A stretch of DNA of 64,000 nucleotides, from NCBI GenBank assembly GCA_016432485.1, contig CP066691.1, forward strand, positions 217,294 through 281,293, in the 5' to 3' direction. This stretch comes from Candidatus Niyogibacteria bacterium (GTDB lineage: Bacteria > Patescibacteriota > Minisyncoccia > HO2-45-28). Both the position numbers and the translations under genes were made by a program. This document shows, piece by piece, positions 57,879 to 64,000 of the stretch. How positions within the stretch are numbered: the stretch's first letter is position 1; each line of letters opens with the position of its first letter. The notes under the pieces were generated by a model. That model saw only the letters and a list, made by a program, of their open reading frames with translations, was not told the DNA's origin and ran no database searches.

Positions 57879-58040
57879 ATGGAAGAAGATAGGTGGTTTC
57901 TTGTTTCGCTGTTTGGAACGTTGCTACTGATGTTACTCCCGCTCATCGTCCAGATCATCGCCCCACAGCTCCATCAAGACCCTTCCCCGGCCCACATCTA
58001 CCCCGCTGACCGCGTCTTGGAACAACTGTCGTTTCGGTGA
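57879..58040 (+). CDS. 53-aa single-helix membrane protein (not in ORF track)
   Basis: MEEDRWFLVSLFGTLLLMLLPLIVQII...; SD AGGGAG behind a consensus promoter. Confidence 0.55.
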   Translation: MEEDRWFLVSLFGTLLLMLLPLIVQIIAPQLHQDPSPAHIYPADRVLEQLSFR

Positions 58041-58314
58041 TCGCCTCGCGGTCAATAGAACAGGAACAAGCGGGTTCGGCAGAAAACTTCTGAACCCGCT
58101 CCCACCAAAGTTTTTAAGAAGTGGTCCAGGTCCGACTTGGACCAAATATCTCGAAAATTTTGGTGGGAAGTTCTTTTACAACTTCAACATAATCCACGAC
58201 AGCAGATGGGAAATAACAAATTATTCTTTTAACTATTTTGTTTCTCGTCTGCTGTCGTGAGGACAGCAAGCTAAAACTCAAGCTAGAAGCGTGAGGCTTC
58301 TAAAGGAGGTTGCG

Positions 58315-58716
58315 ATGTCCGCAAAACATGTAGTAGTCGCAAAAACCTGGGTCGTGATTGATGTCATTAACCAATTTCTCCACGCCTTTTGGCTAAACAG
58401 GGTGATAGATGGAGACATTATCTATGAATATACCTCCCCTGATGAAAACGAAGTAATTGCCCGTGTGGAGGCATACAATGCATCAGAGGGATGGGAGATG
58501 TGTATTTCAATTCTGCTTTCCCAAATACCCGGTGGGTGGGAGCCAAAAGAGATAGAAATTTTGGGAGTCGGAATCGCATACGACGATCCGCTGGCTTCTC
58601 TTCGGTTTCGCAAGTTTACAGTACAAAGACGGTGGCAAACACAGGAATTCATAAGGCACGGCATAACTGGCAATAAAAAGAGATCCGAATTTACTTTCTT
58701 GCCGGTGATTCAATAG
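58315..58716 (+). CDS. Hypothetical protein; start ATG 58315
   Basis: SD AAGGAGGT; terminator at about 58732-58768. Confidence 0.65.
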   Translation: MSAKHVVVAKTWVVIDVINQFLHAFWLNRVIDGDIIYEYTSPDENEVIARVEAYNASEGWEMCISILLSQIPGGWEPKEIEILGVGIAYDDPLASLRFRKFTVQRRWQTQEFIRHGITGNKKRSEFTFLPVIQ

Positions 58717-58768
58717 AGATACCAGCAAAACCGCCCGCCGCGGGTCAGCAAGACCGCGGCATTTTTTT

Positions 58769-58836
58769 ACCCCCACACCAATCTGGCAATGACGCTTTTA
58801 AGCGCGTGAGAAAAATTGCCCGATTGGTGTGGGGGT
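58769..58836. mobile_element. 68-bp MITE/REP-like element, copy B
   Basis: ACCCCCACACCAATCTGGCAAT...ATTGCCCGATTGGTGTGGGGGT; same length and ends as 35144-35211. Confidence 0.75.
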
Positions 58837-58846
58837 TTATTTTCTC

Positions 58847-58884
58847 AAAACATTCCAACATTCTGCAGAATGTTGGAATGTTTT
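58847..58884. repeat. 38-bp perfect palindrome
   Basis: AAAACATTCCAACATTCTG|CAGAATGTTGGAATGTTTT. Confidence 0.9.
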
Positions 58885-59881
58885 ATTTCCTTTTTATTAC
58901 TCTGCGAGCCGCCTCAATTATGTGTTTGGGGCCCATTCCAAAATATTCTATAAGTTCATTTGGCTCGCCGGATTCGCCGAAACGATTGCGAACTCCCACA
59001 AATTCAATGGGAACAGGATAATTACGGGCGACTATTTCGGCTACGGCCGAGCCCATTCCCCCATTTATTTGATGCTCCTCAACAGTTACTAAACATCCGG
59101 CGTCTTTAGCCGCTTTCAAAATAGTACTCTCATCCATTGGTTTTATCGTGTGATTATTTATTACGCGGACTTTAATCCCTTTCTTTTCCAATTCTGCCGC
59201 GGCCAAAAGCGCGTTATGCGTAAGCGGCCCGCAAGCAATAATCGCCACTTGCAAAGGCATCGCCTTTGCATCCCAGAGAATTTCGGCGCGGCCTACTTTA
59301 AACGGAGTTTTATCGGTCGTAAAAACAGGCGTTTTTTCTCTAGCAAAACGCAAATAAACCGGCCCTTCCAAGCCAGCGGCCTCTATAGTCGCCTTTTTTG
59401 CCTCCACTGCGTCACAGGGCACAATAACGGTCATATTGGGAATTACGCGGGTTATGGCAATATCTTCAATCGCCTGATGAGTCGCGCCGTCAGGACCCAC
59501 CGAGACCCCGGCATGCGCTCCGGCAATAATGATATGACGTTCATTATAAGCAACGGTCGTCCGTATCTGCTCCCAATTCCTGCCGGGACTGAACATAGCG
59601 TAGGAAGAAATGTAAGGAATTTTTCCGGCGGCAGCCATACCCGAAGCGACTGAAGCCATATTTTGCTCGGCCACGCCCATTTCAACAAACCTTTCGGGAA
59701 ATTCTTTGGCAAACGCCTCCGAGCGCGTGGATTCGGTTAAATCCGCGCAAAGCACCACAACATTTTTATTTTTCTTGCCCGCTTCCACCAAACCCTCGCC
59801 ATATCCGTTTCTCGTCGGCGCCTGCGCGACTTTTTTTAAATCCAAAACCTCTTTTACTAATTTTGATTTAATATTTATCAT
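58883..59881 (-). CDS. Transketolase C-terminal subunit
   Basis: GVAEQNM, DGATHQ, VEEH. Confidence 0.96.
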   Translation of the reverse strand: MINIKSKLVKEVLDLKKVAQAPTRNGYGEGLVEAGKKNKNVVVLCADLTESTRSEAFAKEFPERFVEMGVAEQNMASVASGMAAAGKIPYISSYAMFSPGRNWEQIRTTVAYNERHIIIAGAHAGVSVGPDGATHQAIEDIAITRVIPNMTVIVPCDAVEAKKATIEAAGLEGPVYLRFAREKTPVFTTDKTPFKVGRAEILWDAKAMPLQVAIIACGPLTHNALLAAAELEKKGIKVRVINNHTIKPMDESTILKAAKDAGCLVTVEEHQINGGMGSAVAEIVARNYPVPIEFVGVRNRFGESGEPNELIEYFGMGPKHIIEAARRVIKRK

Positions 59882-60762
59882 TGGTGCTCACTCTTTATCC
59901 TGCCCCATAATGTTCTTAATTCTTTAAGCGCTTCAATGCCCTGTTTGTCTTTTGGAAATCTGTCCTCGGGACCTTTACCGGGTGGGTTGCCGTGCCAGCG
60001 AAAATCGCGCTCCATATATTCCACGCCCTTTCCGGGAATGGTGTGCGCGATAATCATTGTCGGCTTTTCATAAACCGCTTTGGCTTCGTCAATCGCCGAG
60101 TTCAATTCCTGAAAATCGTGCCCGCCAACTTCAATGACATGCCATCCGAACGCTTCATATTTGGCGCGTAGCGGCTCAAGCGGCATTATATCTTCGGTAT
60201 TGCCGTCTATCTGGATATTATTTCTATCCATAATCGCGACCAGATTCCATAATTTTTCACGGCCCGCGAGCATAGCCGCTTCCCAAGTTTGGCCCGCGTC
60301 ATGTTCGCCGTCAGACATCAGGCAGTACACAATATTTTTCTTACCATCCATTCTTAACGCAATCGCCATGCCGACTGCCTGCGAAAGTCCGGAACCCAAA
60401 GGACCGGAAGTTGTCTCAAGCCCCGGAAGCGAAGTGCGGTGAGGATGCCCCTGCAAACGCGTACCCAATTTGCGAAGCGTTTTTGTTTCTTTAACCGGAA
60501 AATATCCGGCATGAGCCATTGCGGCGTACTGCACCGGACAAATGTGGCCGTTGGAAAGCACCAGCCGGTCGCGCTCGAACCAATCCGGCTTTTTTGGATT
60601 ATGACGCAAAACATGAAAATACATCAGCGCAAAAATATCGGCCATGCCCAAAGGGCCGGCCGAATGGCCCGACCCCGCTTCAATAAGCGATTCAATCAAA
60701 GTTTGGCGAATTTCATTCGCTTTTTTTTCTAAAAATTTTACTTTATCCTCGTGAAGATGCAT
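59878..60762 (-). CDS. Transketolase N-terminal subunit
   Basis: GSGH, LSNGH, LQGHP, SDGE...N thiamine-diphosphate motif. Confidence 0.96.
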   Translation of the reverse strand: MHLHEDKVKFLEKKANEIRQTLIESLIEAGSGHSAGPLGMADIFALMYFHVLRHNPKKPDWFERDRLVLSNGHICPVQYAAMAHAGYFPVKETKTLRKLGTRLQGHPHRTSLPGLETTSGPLGSGLSQAVGMAIALRMDGKKNIVYCLMSDGEHDAGQTWEAAMLAGREKLWNLVAIMDRNNIQIDGNTEDIMPLEPLRAKYEAFGWHVIEVGGHDFQELNSAIDEAKAVYEKPTMIIAHTIPGKGVEYMERDFRWHGNPPGKGPEDRFPKDKQGIEALKELRTLWGRIKSEHQ

Positions 60763-60786
60763 AAAATAGCTGTTAGCTTGCAGCTG

Positions 60787-61443
60787 TTAGCTTTTAGTTA
60801 TCGCTGACTGTAAATTTTTTATTGCTTCTTTTGGGTCCGTAGATCCGAATATCGAGGAAGCCGCCACTATTATATTTGCCCCGGCCTCAACAAGTTCTCC
60901 GGCATTATCAACGCCGACCCCGCCGTCAACTTCTATTATACACTCGAGACAAGCCTGCCGTAAGGCGCGAATTTTATCCGTAATCTCCGGCTGCATTTTT
61001 TGTCCGGCAAGACCGGGATTAACTCCTAAAATCTGAATTAAATTAACCATGTCCCAATGTGGTTTGGTTTTAAGCCAGGAGGTTTCGGGCTTAATCGCGA
61101 TGCCCGCCTCAATGCCCGCTCCGATGCATTTTTGGATAATAAGTTTGGGGTCATGTCCGGCCTCAAGATGAAAAACAATTCTACTCACGGGCTCAAAGAG
61201 CCAATCGTCAATTCGGCGGTCAATGTCGGAGATCATTAAATGAAGTTCAAGATCAAAAATCGTCTTGAAACCGACTAAGTCCTTCGGGTCGTGCCAAATT
61301 GAGTTTTTGGTAAAAGTGCCGTCAGCTACGTCAATATGGACATATTTTATGCCGAATTTTCGCGTAAGGGGCTCAATCAAGCGAACGCGCCTTTCTATTT
61401 CCTCAAAATTATCGGCATTAATAGCCGGAATGAATTCGGGCAT
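60787..61443 (-). CDS. rpe: Ribulose-phosphate 3-epimerase
   Basis: HIDVADG, HLM, VNPGLAGQ, EVDGG. Confidence 0.95.
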   Translation of the reverse strand: MPEFIPAINADNFEEIERRVRLIEPLTRKFGIKYVHIDVADGTFTKNSIWHDPKDLVGFKTIFDLELHLMISDIDRRIDDWLFEPVSRIVFHLEAGHDPKLIIQKCIGAGIEAGIAIKPETSWLKTKPHWDMVNLIQILGVNPGLAGQKMQPEITDKIRALRQACLECIIEVDGGVGVDNAGELVEAGANIIVAASSIFGSTDPKEAIKNLQSAITKS

Positions 61444-61518
61444 AAACTTATTTTACTAAAATTTGCCGAAAAAATAAAAAGCCGGCGATCTTGCTGATCG
61501 CCGACACAAACAAACGCG

Positions 61519-62088
61519 CTATCTTTTCGGGACAGGAAATTTTCCTAAAATCTCTCTATCCGCGCCGTTCTTTTCAGAAACAAAGAGGCGGGCGTCAACG
61601 GCAAACGGCAGAGGGGAAAGCTCCGGATAATCCTTGCCCTCGGAGGGAGAAATCTCGGGATAATCTATTTCAACGTATATTTCGCCGTCGGCAAAAGCCG
61701 CGTAGGCGCATTCTGTTCCGTCTTCAAGCTTCAGCGCCCAGCGATATAAAAACACCTCGCCCTCTTCACCCCCAATATAAAATGTGTAGAGGAATGTCGA
61801 ATCAACTACCCCAGGAACCATTAAACCGCCCTTATCAACCCAGGGCGGAGGCGCCTCTCCCGGATAACGCCATCCTTTTACCGCAATAAACCTGCCTGAG
61901 TCCTTAAAAATTTCCGTTTCGTCAGACATGGCCAAAACGAGCTTGCTTGTGTCGGGCCTGGAAGCCGGCTTTAATTTTTCACAAACGAGGGCGACTGATT
62001 TCTCATGCGAGGCAGCAACACCGCTCGTAAAAAGCATAGCCACAAAAAAAACAACAAACGCTCCGGCAAGACCTCTGAAAGATTTCAT
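61519..62088 (-). CDS. Hypothetical exported protein inserted in the operon
   Basis: Signal peptide; SD AAGGAGG. Confidence 0.65.
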   Translation of the reverse strand: MKSFRGLAGAFVVFFVAMLFTSGVAASHEKSVALVCEKLKPASRPDTSKLVLAMSDETEIFKDSGRFIAVKGWRYPGEAPPPWVDKGGLMVPGVVDSTFLYTFYIGGEEGEVFLYRWALKLEDGTECAYAAFADGEIYVEIDYPEISPSEGKDYPELSPLPFAVDARLFVSEKNGADREILGKFPVPKR

Positions 62089-62130
62089 TGCTTTCTTCCT
62101 CCTTAATTGCGGAACTCTTTCGTCAGGATA

Positions 62131-62577
62131 TTAAAACGAATCTATTTTGTCAATACGTCTTTTGTGCCTCTCTTCGCCGGAAAAAGGCGTCTCAAGCCAA
62201 ATTTTGACTATGCGTTTTGCCGTCTCCTCATCAATAAATCTTGCTCCTAAAGATAAAATGTTAGAGCCGTTATGTTCGCGCGACAGCTTCAAAATTTCTT
62301 CAGGCCCTCCGTAATATACCGCCGCTCTTACGCCTTTTACGCGATTGGCAACCATCGCTTCACCCTGTCCGGAACCGCCAAGAACAATCCCTTGACTGCG
62401 CTCGGGGTCGGCGGCCACGGCCTCAGCGGCCTTGCGAACGAAATCCGGATAATCATCTTGTTCATCATATTCAAAAGCGCCGTGATCTATAACTTCGTGC
62501 TCCAACTTTTCCAAAAACGGCTTAAGTTTTTCTTTAAGCTCAAATCCGGCATGATCCGTTGCCAGATGAATTATCAT
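62131..62577 (-). CDS. rpiB: Ribose-5-phosphate isomerase B
   Basis: DHAG, DYPD, GGSGQGE, REHN, RHKRR. Confidence 0.95.
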   Translation of the reverse strand: MIIHLATDHAGFELKEKLKPFLEKLEHEVIDHGAFEYDEQDDYPDFVRKAAEAVAADPERSQGIVLGGSGQGEAMVANRVKGVRAAVYYGGPEEILKLSREHNGSNILSLGARFIDEETAKRIVKIWLETPFSGEERHKRRIDKIDSF

Positions 62578-63587
62578 AGGTAATCCTCCAGCGCCTCCAC
62601 ATGCTTCAAAAGCATGCTGCCGTATCCCCATTCATTGTCATACCACGAAAGAACCTTGACAAGATCGCCGTCAACGACGCGGGTAAAATCCAAATCCACG
62701 ATTGAGCCGTAGGGCTCGCCTAAAATATCTGCGGAAACCAGCGGTTCTTCGCAAACGCGCATTATGCCTTTCCATTCCGGAGACGCGGCGGCTTTTCTGA
62801 AAATATCATTTATTTCTTCAGCCGAAGTTTCGCGGCCGGCAACAAAAGTAAAATCAATAAGCGAACCCGACAGCACCGGCACGCGCATGGCAATTCCGTC
62901 AAACTTGCCTTTCATAAAAGGCGCGGCTTTAATCACGGCTTCAGCCGCCCCCGTGCTTGAGGGCACGATATTGACTGCCGCGGCTCTTCCGCGCCTGAAA
63001 TCTTTTTTAGCCGGACCGTCAACCAAATTTTGGGACGCCGTATAGCCGTGGACGGTATTCAAAAGAGCTTTTTTTATGCCCGGATTTTGCATCATTATGG
63101 CCGTAACCGGAGTCGCGGCATTAGTGGTGCAGGACGCGTTGGAAGTAATGCGGGACTTTTTAATCAGCTCCGTTCCGACATTGGGAGTAAAAGTTACCGA
63201 AGCGTTATCGTCTTTGGCGGGCGCCGTAATGACCACTCGTTTTGCGCCAGCATCCAAGTGAGGACTCGCCTTTTCAAAAGAATCAAAAACGCCCGTGGAT
63301 TCAACAACCACATCAATATCCAATTTTTTCCACGGGAGATTGGCCGGATCTTTTTCCTGAAAAAACCTTATCTCTTTGCCGTCAACCACAATATGATGCT
63401 CATCGTCAATTTTATGGCCGACTTCTTTGTCGTATTTGCCGTAAACAGAATCATATTTTAATAAATACGCCAAATTTTCAACGCTGCCCAAATCATTTAT
63501 GGCAACGACTTCAACATTTTTATGGCCGAACGCTTGGCGGAAAAATACGCGCCCAATCCTTCCGAAACCGTTTATTGCTATACGCAT
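62574..63587 (-). CDS. gap: Glyceraldehyde-3-phosphate dehydrogenase type I
   Basis: INGFGRIGR, NASCTTN, WYDNEWGY. Confidence 0.98.
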   Translation of the reverse strand: MRIAINGFGRIGRVFFRQAFGHKNVEVVAINDLGSVENLAYLLKYDSVYGKYDKEVGHKIDDEHHIVVDGKEIRFFQEKDPANLPWKKLDIDVVVESTGVFDSFEKASPHLDAGAKRVVITAPAKDDNASVTFTPNVGTELIKKSRITSNASCTTNAATPVTAIMMQNPGIKKALLNTVHGYTASQNLVDGPAKKDFRRGRAAAVNIVPSSTGAAEAVIKAAPFMKGKFDGIAMRVPVLSGSLIDFTFVAGRETSAEEINDIFRKAAASPEWKGIMRVCEEPLVSADILGEPYGSIVDLDFTRVVDGDLVKVLSWYDNEWGYGSMLLKHVEALEDYL

Positions 63588-63609
63588 AATTCCATTATAT
63601 CAAATGTCT

Positions 63610-63697
63610 AAAGGTTTAAAAGTTTAAGGGTTTAAAAGTTTAAGGGTTTAAAAGTTAAAGGGTTTAAAAGTTTAAGGGTTTAAAAGTTTAAAGGTTT
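63610..63697. repeat. Tandem array of 11 octamers alternating AAGGGTTT / AAAAGTTT (16-bp period)
   Basis: Counted directly. Confidence 0.92.
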
Positions 63698-63711
63698 TAT
63701 TATAAAAAGTT

Positions 63712-64000
63712 TCATTTTCCTTTTTTCAATAAATAGTTATAAGCCGCGAGCGCGGCCTTGACCGCATCACCCGCCGAAATGTTGTTTTGCTTGTAAGGGT
63801 CGTCAGTAATGTCTCCGGCGGCATATATCCCGGGAACGCTAGTTGAGCCGTGTTTGGAATCAATGACAATCTGCCCGAATTTATCCAATTCAGCCAGGTC
63901 TTTAACCATTTCCGAATTTGGAATTGAACCTATTTCCACAAACACGCCGTCTAAAGCCAATTCTTTTTCTTGGCCCGATTTGCGGTTTTTGTATTTAAGA
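63712..64000 (-). CDS. Thioredoxin reductase/AhpF-like flavoprotein, C-terminal part (cut by window edge)
   Basis: DGVFVEIG, TSVPGIYAAGD, KQ..ISAGD. Confidence 0.85.
   Translation of the reverse strand, partial: LKYKNRKSGQEKELALDGVFVEIGSIPNSEMVKDLAELDKFGQIVIDSKHGSTSVPGIYAAGDITDDPYKQNNISAGDAVKAALAAYNYLLKKGK

Noticed and set aside
1-64000. Stop-codon reassignment (code 25) or rRNA genes
   Set aside because: Conserved genes such as infA, rpmJ, rpmG and sufB end in TGA and none is interrupted by it; no rRNA-like sequence was seen.

Overview
Bacterial chromosome segment, mostly coded on the minus strand, using the standard code (TGA is a stop). By inference it looks like Patescibacteria (Parcubacteria/CPR): AlaRS, EF-Ts, RF1, L13 and HrcA are shortened, and many core genes appear leaderless. 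Core content: CIRCE-hrcA-grpE-dnaK-dnaJ; infA-rpmJ-rpsM-rpsK-rpsD-rpoA-rplQ-rplM-rpsI; alaS, mnmA, mltG, pcm, guaB, a KimA-like permease, rpmG, four tRNAs, clpB, htrA, sod, a suf cluster, NDH-2, tsf-rpsB, rpmE-prfA, rplY, and a glycolysis/pentose-phosphate block. Single-gene accessory modules with their own promoter, SD and terminator are interspersed. The strongest signal is a set of short palindromic elements. A wHTH plus Cas2/VapD-like (PaaX-type) gene is bracketed by two 36-37 bp GTAAC...GTTAC palindromes, and a third copy with compensatory changes sits in frame inside sufS 26 kb away. Other palindrome or MITE-like families lie in frame in sodA and mnmA, appear to overwrite a tRNA-Trp gene, a second rpmG copy and possibly a CIRCE half-site, and sit between convergent genes. 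A 955-aa protein with tandem metallophosphoesterase-like domains, next to NDT-like and stand-alone LonN genes, is a second candidate novel system. No CRISPR array, rRNA, integrase or transposase was recognised. All calls are by eye; no searches were run.
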